From: Macrostomum lignano
Lineage: Eukaryota
Assembly (NCBI GenBank): GCA_002269645.1
Contig: NIVC01001739.1
Location: forward strand, 135,727-199,726
Length of the DNA stretch: 64,000 nucleotides
Reading direction: 5' to 3'
The notes under the pieces were generated by a model. It did no database searches. It was given only the letters and a program-made list of their open reading frames with translations, and was not told where the DNA came from. A program made the translations under genes and the position numbers. Positions 52,290 through 64,000 of this stretch are shown here, in pieces (position 1 is the first letter of the stretch; every line of letters begins with the position of its first letter).

Positions 52290-52955
52290 ATATCAGCGTG
52301 TGCTACCCTCCATATTAGTGTGTGTGCTACCCTCCATATCAGTGTGTGTGCTACCCTCCATATCAGTGTGCTATCCTCAATATCAGTTTGTGCTACCCTC
52401 CATATCAGTATGCTATCCTCAATATCAGTTTGTGCTACCCTCCATATCAATGTGTGTGCTACCCTCCATATCAGTGTGTGTGCTACCCTCCATATCAGTG
52501 TGTGTGCTACCCTCCATATCAGTGTGTGTGCTACCCTCCATATCAGTGTGTGTGCTACCCTCCATATCAGTGTGTGCTACCCTCCATATCAGTGTGTGTG
52601 CTATACCCTCCGTGTCAGTGTGTGCTACCCTCCATATCAGTGTGTGCTACCCTCCATTTTAGTGTGTGCTACCCTCCATATCAGTGTGTGCTACCCTCCA
52701 TTTTAGTGTGTGCTACCCTCCATATCAGTGTGTGTGCTACCCTCCATATCAGTGTGTGTGCTACCCTCCATATCAGTGTGTGCTACCCTCCATATCAGTG
52801 TGTGCTACCCTCCATATCAGTATGTGTGCTACCCTCCATATCAGTGTGTGTGCTATACCCTCCATATCAGTGTGTGTGCTATACCCTCCATATCAGTGTG
52901 TGCTACCCTCCATATCAGTGTGTGTGCTACCCTCCATATCAGTGTGTGTGCTGCG
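52290..52955. repeat. ~22-26-bp minisatellite
   Basis: Unit (GT)nGCTACCCTCCATATCA. Confidence 0.95.
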
Positions 52956-53743
52956 AACCATATATCAGAAAAGCTTTGAGCTTTCACGTTAAGCATCTGA
53001 ATTTGTCAAGGTGTGTAGCGTAGCAAAAAATATCCCAAAAAATTCACGCGCTTGTCGGGTGTCTGGTAAAAATGACAAATTCTCCCTCTGAATATTTCAA
53101 TCAAACGCTGCAATTTTTGTATTATGGTGCAGTCTTTATTTATTATTAATAGTTTATATTTCCTATAGGCGACATATCGTGTTGAGCTGCATGCAATAGC
53201 ATCACGGAAACCGGAGTAGGATGCTACATTCCTACAATTTACTTTTCTTAGAAATGATTGATTCATAATATTTTGATGCTGCACTTACCGATTAAAAACT
53301 GTCAGCTAATTAAATTTTATAAAGTGAGATCTGACGGCACGCCAGCTTCGTGCCATTCTTTGGCCAAACTGATCTGCGGTAAACTTTAAGCTGACCTGAC
53401 TGCTTGATTGAGACTGATAGATGAATATGAAATCAACTTCATTGATTTCTGCTCTCCTTGCAGTCTTTCCTTTAATTTCCTTTCTAATCGGCCCGTCTCT
53501 CACAACAGTGATTGGATTCTTTTAAGTAGGCTCCCCCTCACCTTACTGACACTTAATCCGATTCAAATGAGCCTTCAGAGTCGCGGCTCGCCCACGCTGC
53601 CTTTGTCGACCAACACTCTTTGGGTGGCAACAATAAGAGCAGGTGCGGCCTTGATGACAAGCCTTGAACGGGACGCCACAATCAATCGGCTTGCTGAGGA
53701 ACTATTTTATTAATCAGGAAAAGTACAACTCGACCGGTTAAGC

Positions 53744-55275
53744 TAATCTCCAATCTTGCATTGCGCTACTCTCCAATCTTACATTTCGATAATCTCCAAT
53801 CTTACATTGCGCTACTCTCCAATCTTACATTTCGATAATCTCCAATCTTACATTGCGCTACTCTCCAATCTTACATTGCGATAATCTCCAATCTTACATT
53901 GCGATAATCTCCAATCTTGCATTGCGATAATATCCAATCTTGCATTGCGATAATATCCAATCTTGCATTGCGCTGATCTCCAATCTTGCATTGCGCTGAT
54001 CTTCAACCTTGAATTGCGATGAACTCCAATCATGCATTGCGCTGATCTCCAATCTTGCATTGCGATAATCTCCTATCTTGCATTGCGCTGATCTCCAACC
54101 TTGCATTGCGATGATCTCCAATCTTGCATTGCGCTGATCTCCAATCTTGCATTGCGCTGATCTCCAATCTTGCATTGCGATAATATCCAACCTTGCATTG
54201 CGATAATATCCAATCTTGCATTGCGCTGATCTCCAATCTTGCATTGCGCTGATCTTCAACCTTGAATTGCGATGATCTCCAATCTTGCATTGCGCTGATC
54301 TCCAATCTTGCATTGCGCTGATCTCCAATCTTGCATTGCGCTGATCTCCAATCTTGCATTGCGATAATCTCCAATCTTGCATTGCGATAATATCCAACCT
54401 TGCATTGCGATAATATCCAATCATGCATTGCGCTGATCTCCAATCTTGCATTGCGATAATCTCCAATCTTGCATTGCGCTGATCTCCAATCTTGCATTGC
54501 GCTGATCTCCAATCTTGCATTGCGATGATCTCCAATCTTGCATTGCGCTAATCTCCAATCTTGCATTGCGCTAATCTCCAATCTTGCTACACATTGCGCT
54601 GATCTCCAATCTTGCATTGCGCTGATCTCCAATCTTGCATTGCGATGATCTCCAACCTTGCATTGCGATTATCTCCAATCTTGCATTGCGCTGATCTCCA
54701 ATCTTGCATTGCGATGATCTCCAATCTTGCATTGCGCTAATCTCCAATTTTGCATTGCGCTAATCTCCAATCTTGCTACACATTGCGCTGATCTCCAATC
54801 TTGCATTGCGCTGATCTCCAATCTTGCATTGCGATGATCTCCAACCTTGCATTGCGATTATCTCCAATCTTGCATTGCGCTGATCTCCAATCTTGCATCG
54901 CGCTGATCTCCAATCTTGCATTGCGCTAATCTCCAATCTTGCATTGCGCTAATCTCCAATCTTGCTACACATTGCGCTGATCTCCAATCTTGCATTGCGC
55001 TAATCTCCAATCTTGCTACACATTGCGCTAATCTCCAATCTTGCTACACATTGCGCTAATCTCCAATCTTGCATTGCGCTAATCTCCAATCTTGCTACAC
55101 ATTGCGCTAATCTCCAATCTTGCTACACATTGCGCTGATCTCCAATCTTGCATTGCGCTAATCTCCAATCTTGCATTGCGCTAATCTCCAATCTTGCTAC
55201 GCATTGCGCTAATCTCCAATCTTGCATTGCGCTAATCTCCAATCTTGCATTGCGCTTATCTCCAAGCTTGCTACG
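53744..55275. repeat. ~22-bp minisatellite, 1.5 kb
   Basis: Unit ATCTCCAATCTTGCATTGCGCT(G/A), with a variant carrying an extra CTACA in the distal part. Confidence 0.96.
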
Positions 55276-55855
55276 CATTGCGCTACGCAGTCTCCAGTTT
55301 GCACCGCACCAGCGACAGCTCGAATCGATTTGCCGGCTTTCAGCCTGCCAACAGTGCGCCATCTCTAAGAGTCTGCTGTGATCTGGCGCAACCATTTTCA
55401 GGGCATAAGACAGAAAAAAATTGAGTACAAGCTTTTGAATCCAATGTTTACCGGGCATAAACCTTCCGCCATCCCCACCAAACACTACTGCACTATCGCG
55501 CAAGTTGCGTTATTTGGGTCGTTCGCAGTTGCCAGCAGTGTTCACCCGGTGAATCAGCATGACTAAGCCAAAGATGCAAAATCGACTGAAAATCTGAGAA
55601 AATTCACGATTGTATTTTTAGCAGCCTAAAAATAACGATTTCAAAGCGGGGAATAATTTGCATAGGGCGTGGGACAATGACTGTCAGCGTCCCTTGTCAG
55701 ATTGTGTATCAGCTGTCTTTAGCTTGTCTCAAAATAGAAAACGATTCAATGGCAACGCAAATAAAAAGGATTCGTCTTTGAATATAACACCTGTTTACAC
55801 AGCGCATTTCGTGCACATTTTTTATGATTTGGGACTTTCTTCAAATGCAATGTGG

Positions 55856-58800
55856 AACACACGACACTGCAAGACACACGGCACTGCAGGACACACGACA
55901 CTGCAGGACACATCGCACTGCAGGACACACGGCACTGCAGGACACATCGCACTGCAGGACACACGGCACACACGGCACTGCAAAACACATCGCACTGCAG
56001 GACACACGGCACTGCAGGAGACACGGCACTGCAGGACACACGACACTGCAGGACACAGGGCACTGCAGGACACAGGGCACTGCAGGACACAGGGCACTGC
56101 AGGACACACGACACTGCAGGACACATCGCACTGCAGGACACACGGCACTGCAGGACACATCGCACTGCAGGACACACGGCACACACGGCACTGCAAGACA
56201 CACGGCACTGCAGGACACACGGAACTGCAGGACACACGACACTGCAGGACACACGACACTGCAGGACACACGGCACTGCAGGACACACGGCACTGCAGGA
56301 CACATCGCACTGCAGGACACACGGCACACACGGCACTGCAAGACACCCGGCACTGCAGGACACACGGCACTGCAGGACACACGGCACTGCAGGAGACACG
56401 GCACTGCAGGACACACGACACTGCAGGACACACGACACTGCAGGACACACGACACTGCAGGACACACGACACTGCAGGACACACGGCACTGCAGGAGACA
56501 CGGCACTGCAGGAGACACGGCACTGCAGGACACACGACACTGCAGGACACACGACACTGCAGGACACACGACACTGCAGGACACACGACACTGCAGGACA
56601 CACGGCACTGCAGGAGACACGGCACTGCAGGACACACGACACTGCAGGACACACGGCACACACGGCACTGCAGGACACACGGCACTGCAGGACACACGGC
56701 ACTGCAGGACACACGGCAATGCAGGACACATCGCACTGCAGGGACACACGGCACACACGGCACTGCAGGACACACGGCACTGCAGGACACACGACACTGC
56801 AGGACACACGGCACTGCAGGACACATCGCACTGCAGGACACACGGCACACACGGCACTGCAAAACACATCGCACTGCAGGACACACGGCACTGCAGGAGA
56901 CACGGCACTGCAGGACACACGACACTGCAGGACACAGGGCACTGCAGGACACAGGGCACTGCAGGACACAGGGCACTGCAGGACACATCGCACTGCAGGA
57001 CACACGGCACACACGGCACTGCAAGACACACGGCACTGCAGGACACACGGCACTGCAGGACACACGGCACTGCAGGACACACGACACTGCAGGACACACG
57101 GCACTGCAGGACACAGGGCACTGCAGGACACATCGCACTGCAGGACACACGGCACTGCAGGACACATCGCAGTGCAGGACACACGGCACACACGGCACTG
57201 CAGGACACACGGCACTGCAGGACACACGGCACTGCAGGACACATCGCAGTGCAGGACACACGGCACACACGGCACTGCAGGACACACGAAACTGCAGGAC
57301 ACACGACACTGCAGGACACACGGCACTGCAGGACACAGGGCACTGCAGGACACACGACACTGCAGGACACACGGCACTGCAGGACACATCGCACTGCAGG
57401 ACACACGGCACTGCAGGACACATCGCAGTGCAGGACACACGGCACACACGGCACTGCAGGACACACGGCACTGCAGGACACACGACACTGCAGGACACAC
57501 GGCACTGCAGGACACAGGGCACTGCAGGACACATCGCACTGCAGGACACACGGCACTGCAGGACACATCGCAGTGCAGGACACACGGCACACACGGCACT
57601 GCAGGACACACGACACTGCAGGACACACGACACTGCAGGACACACGACACTGCAGGACACACGGCACTGCAGGACACAGGGCACTGCAGGACACATCGCA
57701 CTGCAGGACACACGGCACTGCAGGACACATCGCAGTGCAGGACACACGGCACACACGGCACTGCAGGACACACGACACTGCAGGACACACGGCACTGCAG
57801 GACACATCGCAGTGCAGGACACACGGCACACACGGCACTGCAGGACACACGACACTGCAGGACACACGGCACTGCAGGACACACGACACTGCAGGACACA
57901 CGGCACTGCAGGACACACGACACTGCAGGACACACGACACTGCAGGACACACGGCACTGCAGGACACACGGCACTGCAGGACACACGGCACTGCAGGACA
58001 CACGGCACTGCAGGACACACGGCACTGCAGGGACACACGGCACTGCAGGACACACGACACTGCAGGACACACGGCACTGCAGGACACACGGCACTGCAGG
58101 ACACACGACACTGCAGGACACACGGCACTGCAGGACACACGACACTGCAGGACACACGGCACTGCAGGACACACGGCACTGCAGGAGACACGGCACTGCA
58201 GGAGACATCGCAGTGCAGGACACACGGCACACACGGCACTGCAGGACACATCGCACTGCAGGACACACGACACTGCAGGACACACGGCACTGCAGGAGAC
58301 ACGACACTGCAGGACACACGACACTGCAGGACACACGGCACTGCAGGACACAGGGCACTGCAGGAGACATCGCAGTGCAGGACACACGGCACACACGGCA
58401 CTGCAGGACACACGGCACTGCAGGAGACACGACACTGCAGGACACACGACACTGCAGGACACACGGCACTGCAGGACACAGGGCACTGCAGGAGACATCG
58501 CAGTGCAGGACACACGGCACACACGGCACTGCAGGACACACGGCACTGCAGGACACATCGCACTGCAGGACACGACACTGCAGGACACACGGCACTGCAG
58601 GACACATCGCACTGCAGGACACGACACTGCAGGACACACGGCACTGCAGGACACAGGGCACTGCAGGACACATCGCACTGCAGGACACACGGCACTGCAA
58701 GACACACGGCACTGCAGGACACACGGCACTGCAGGACACACGGCACTGCAGGAGACACGGCACTGCAGGAGACATCGCAGTGCAGGACACACGGCACACA

Positions 58801-61800
58801 CGGCACTGCAGGACACACGGCACACACGGCACTGCAGGACACACGGCACACACGGCACTGCAGGACACACGGCACTGCAGGACACACGGCACACACGGCA
58901 CTGCAGGACACACGGCACTGCAGGACACACGGCACTGCAGGACACACGGCACTGCAGGACACACGGCACTGCAGGACACACGGCACTGCAGGACACACGG
59001 CACTGCAGGACACACGGCACACACGGCACTGCAGGACACACGGCACACACGGCACTGCAGGACACACGGCACTGCAGGAAACACGGCACACACGGCACTG
59101 CAGGACACACGGCACTGCAGGACACACGGCACTGCAGGACACACGGCACTGCAGGACACACGGCACTGCAGGACACACGGCACTGCAGGACACACGGCAC
59201 TGCAGGACACACGGCACTGCAGGACACACGGCACTGCAGGACACACGGCACTGCAGGACACACGGCACACACGGCACTGCAGGACACACGGCACACACGG
59301 CACTGCAGGACACACGGCACACACGGCACTGCAGGACACACGGCACACACGGCACTGCAGGACACAGGGCACTGCAGGACACAGGGCACTGCAGGACACA
59401 TCGCACTGCAGGACACACGGCACACACGGCACTGCAAGACACACGGCACTGCAGGACACACGGCACTGCAGGACACACGGCACTGCAGGACACACGACAC
59501 TGCAGGACACACGGCACTGCAGGACACAGGGCACTGCAGGACACATCGCACTGCAGGACACACGGCACTGCAGGACACATCGCAGTGCAGGACACACGGC
59601 ACACACGGCACTGCAGGACACACGGCACTGCAGGACACACGGCACTGCAGGACACATCGCAGTGCAGGACAAACGGCACACACGGCACTGCAGGACACAC
59701 GAAACTGCAGGACACACGGCACTGCAGGACACAGGGCACTGCAGGACACACGACACTGCAGGACACACGGCACTGCAGGACACATCGCACTGCAGGACAC
59801 ACGGCACTGCAGGACACATCGCAGTGCAGGACACACGGCACACACGGCACTGCAGGACACACGGCACTGCAGGACACACGACACTGCAGGACACACGGCA
59901 CTGCAGGACACAGGGCACTGCAGGACACATCGCACTGCAGGACACACGGCACTGCAGGACACATCGCAGTGCAGGACACACGGCACACACGGCACTGCAG
60001 GACACACGACACTGCAGGACACACGACACTGCAGGACACACGACACTGCAGGACACACGGCACTGCAGGACACAGGGCACTGCAGGACACATCGCACTGC
60101 AGGACACACGGCACTGCAGGACACATCGCAGTGCAGGACACACGGCACACACGGCACTGCAGGACACACGACACTGCAGGACACACGGCACTGCAGGACA
60201 CATCGCAGTGCAGGACACACGGCACACACGGCACTGCAGGACACACGACACTGCAGGACACACGGCACTGCAGGACACACGACACTGCAGGACACACGGC
60301 ACTGCAGGACACACGACACTGCAGGACACACGACACTGCAGGACACACGGCACTGCAGGACACACGGCACTGCAGGACACACGGCACTGCAGGACACACG
60401 GCACTGCAGGACACACGGCACTGCAGGGACACACGGCACACACGGCACTGCAGGACACACGGCACTGCAGGACACACGACACTGCAGGACACACGGCACT
60501 GCAGGACACACGGCACTGCAGGACACACGACACTGCAGGACACACGGCACTGCAGGACACACGACACTGCAGGACACACGGCACTGCAGGACACACGGCA
60601 CTGCAGGAGACACGGCACTGCAGGAGACATCGCAGTGCAGGACACACGGCACACACGGCACTGCAGGACACATCGCACTGCAGGACACACGACACTGCAG
60701 GACACACGGCACTGCAGGAGACACGACACTGCAGGACACACGACACTGCAGGACACACGGCACTGCAGGACACAGGGCACTGCAGGAGACATCGCAGTGC
60801 AGGACACACGGCACACACGGCACTGCAGGACACACGGCACTGCAGGACACATCGCACTGCAGGACACGACACTGCAGGACACACGGCACTGCAGGACACA
60901 TCGCACTGCAGGACACGACACTGCAGGACACACGGCACTGCAGGACACAGGGCACTGCAGGACACATCGCACTGCAGGACACACGGCACTGCAAGACACA
61001 CGGCACTGCAGGACACACGGCACTGCAGGACACACGGCACTGCAGGAGACACGGCACTGCAGGAGACATCGCAGTGCAGGACACACGGCACTGCAGGACA
61101 CACGGCACTGCAGGACACACGGCACTGCAGGACACACGGCACACACGGCACTGCAGGACACATGGCACACACGGCACTGCAGGACACACGGCACATACGG
61201 CACTGCAGGACACACGGCACTGCAGGACACACGGCACACACGGCACTGCAGGACACACGGCACTGCAGGACACACGGCACTGCAGGACACACGGCACTGC
61301 AGGACACACGGCACACACGGCACTGCAGGACACACGGCACACACGGCACTGCAGGACACACGGCACTGCAGGAAACACGGCACACACGGCACTGCAGGAC
61401 ACACGGCACTGCAGGACACACGGCACTGCAGGACACACGGCACTGCAGGACACACGGCACTGCAGGACACACGGCACTGCAGGACACACGGCACTGCAGG
61501 ACACACGGCACTGCAGGACACACGGCACTGCAGGACACACGGCACTGCAGGACACACGGCACTGCAGGACACACGGCACTGCAGGACACACGGCACTGCA
61601 GGACACACGGCACACACGGCACTGCAGGACACACGGCACACACGGCACTGCAGGACACACGGCACACACGGCACTGCAGGACACACGGCACACACGGCAC
61701 TGCAGGACACACGGCACTGCAGGACACACGGCACACACGGCACTGCAGGACACACGGCACTGCAGGACACACGGCACTGCAGGACACACGGCACACACGG

Positions 61801-63240
61801 CACTGCAGGACACACGGCACACACGGCACTGCAGGACACACGGCACACACGGCACTGCAGGACACACGGCACACACGGCACTGCAGGACACACGGCACTG
61901 CAGGACACACGGCACACACGGCACTGCAGGACACACGGCACACACGGCACTGCAGGACACACGGCACTGCAGGACACACGGCACACACGGCACTGCAGGA
62001 CACACGGCACTGCAGGACACACGGCACTGCAGGACACACGGCACTGCAGGAGACACGGCACTGCAGGACACACGGCACTGCAGGACACACGGCACACACG
62101 GCACTGCAGGACATACGGCACACACGGCACTGCAGGACACACGGCACACACGGCACTGCAGGACACACGGCACACACGGCACTGCAGGACACACGGCACA
62201 CACGGCACTGCAGGACACACGGCACTGCAGGACACACGGCACACACGGCACTGCAGGACACACGGCACTGCAGGACACACGGCACACACGGCACTGCAGG
62301 ACACACGGCACTGCAGGACACACGGCACTGCAGGACACACGGCACTGCAGGACACACGGCACTGCAGGACACACGGCACTGCAGGACACACGGCACTGCA
62401 GGACACACGGCACTGCAGGAGACACGGCACTGCAGGACACAGGGCACTGCAGGACACACGGCACTGCAGGACACACGACACTGCAGGACACAGGGCACTG
62501 CAGGACACACGGCACTGCAGGACACACGGCACTGCAGGAGACACGGCACTGCAGGACACAGGGCACTTCAGGACACACGACACTGCAGGACACACGACAC
62601 TGCAGGACACACGGCACTGCAGGACACACGGCACTGCAGGACACACGGCACACACGGCACTGCAGGACACACAGCACTGCAGGACACACGGCACACACGG
62701 CACTGCAGGACACACGGCACACACGGCACTGCAGGACACACGGCACACACGGCACTGCAGGACACATGGCACACACGGCACTGCAGGACACACGGCACAC
62801 ACGGCACTGCAGGACACACGGCACACACGGCACTGCAGGACACACGGCACTGCAGGACACACGGCACTGCAGGAGACACGGCACTGCAGGACACACGGCA
62901 CTGCAGGACACACGACACTGCAGGACACACGGCACTGCAGGACACACGGCACTGCAGGACACACGGCACTGCAGGACACACGGCACTTCAGGAGACACGG
63001 CACTGCAGGACACACGACACTGCAGGACACACGGCACTTCAGGACACACGGCACTGCAGGACACACGGCACTTCAGGAGACACGGCACTGCAGGACACAC
63101 GACACTGCAGGACACACGACACTGCAGGACACACGGCACTGCAGGAGACACGGCACTGCAGGACACACGGCACTGCAGGACACACGGCACTGCAGGACAC
63201 ACGGCACTGCAGGACACACGGCACTGCAGGACACACGGCA
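55856..63240. repeat. 7.4-kb satellite with a 17-bp unit and higher-order duplications
   Basis: Unit CACTGCAGGACACACGG, with 9-bp CACACACGG inserts and ATCG/AGGG/ACGA variants. The unit has no stop codons, which explains the six giant ORFs. Confidence 0.98.
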
Positions 63241-64000
63241 GTAAGGCTTGACAAATTAAAACAAAGCGAAAGAGTCTCAGGCTCATAATAGGTTGCCTCA
63301 GCATGTGCAAGGAATTGCAATCCAACAACGCCTTTACTGAAGTACGAAGTACTCGTATATTGTGTTGTAGGTAGGGGCGTGGGACAGGCTGGAGAATGAT
63401 GTTAAGTCCAACAGGAAGCTGCAGGCAACAATGGGCCCTCGAAAATCTTTTATTTGACAAAATAAGCCACTCCTGATTTTAATATACAAGTAAACTAAAC
63501 ATGTGTAGGCAAACCCTTTGGGAACTTTCGCACCTGTGCCCGAATTTCACTTCAAGCGGGGCCATGTCTATTGTAGTAGGATAAAATTGGAGTGCCCAGT
63601 TTGTCAATCAACATCTGATCCATTCATTATACGATAGGCGCTGTCAGTCTCTGCCTGCCCGTCCCTCGGGTCCTCGCAGCAGGTCAAGCTGAAGCTTAGC
63701 GCCTCCTCTTGCCAAATCTGAAATTGGACCGTTAATTAATGCAGCAGTGAAACTTGCAATTTAATGATTGTCACGAAGCTTTATTTATCAATGTAGGAGG
63801 GAGAGAGTTGGGGGGCCAGGAGAAAAGGTTAGAAGGGATGGGGTAAAGGGAAGCGGCGCTTCTGGTGCTGGCAGCGTAGAAGAGGAATGGAGAGTTTAAG
63901 AAGGAAAATAGATATTGAGACGGGAGATAAGATAGGGAATATAGAGGCAAGATAGACAGAGAGCTGGAATGCCGAAAGAAAGCAAGGGGATTAAACCAGG

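Noticed and set aside
53848-54632. EISAMQDWRSAQCKIG repeat proteins
   Set aside because: Translations of the ~22-bp minisatellite.
55658-63460. Six ORFs of 2,200-2,500 aa (His/Thr-rich or Cys/Val-rich)
   Set aside because: They are translations of a stop-free 17-bp satellite open in all six frames, with no evidence of coding.

Overview
Eukaryotic, intron-containing, minisatellite-rich DNA. It is most likely from the flatworm Macrostomum lignano or a close relative, inferred from a near-exact copy of the Macrostomum spliced-leader sequence (as I recall it) at 25329-25368 and from the repeat landscape. Genes in order: a frameshifted P-element/THAP9-type transposase relic; G6PD; intronless TECR; UBR7 (with a frameshift); two tandem minimal astacin metalloproteases (minus strand); a phospholipase B-like Ntn hydrolase (minus); a GT32-like type II membrane protein apparently lacking DXD; an orphan single-pass acidic protein; a 5-HT1-like GPCR (minus); and a divergent ionotropic glutamate receptor. 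Introns and spacers hold more than 15 minisatellite or microsatellite arrays, including a 7.4 kb 17-bp satellite that produces the spurious 2,000+ aa ORFs. They also hold tRNA-derived SINEs (one family with a MIR-like CORE domain), foldback/MITE hairpins, and probable Crypton, LINE and Helentron-like relics. Best leads: the genomic spliced-leader relic with a candidate target-site duplication, a possible trans-spliced G6PD-TECR-UBR7 operon, the CORE-SINEs and nested SINEs, a 41-bp perfect hairpin insertion, the iGluR with an altered SYTANLAAF gate, and the DXD-less glycosyltransferase-like gene. All calls were made by eye; no searches were run.
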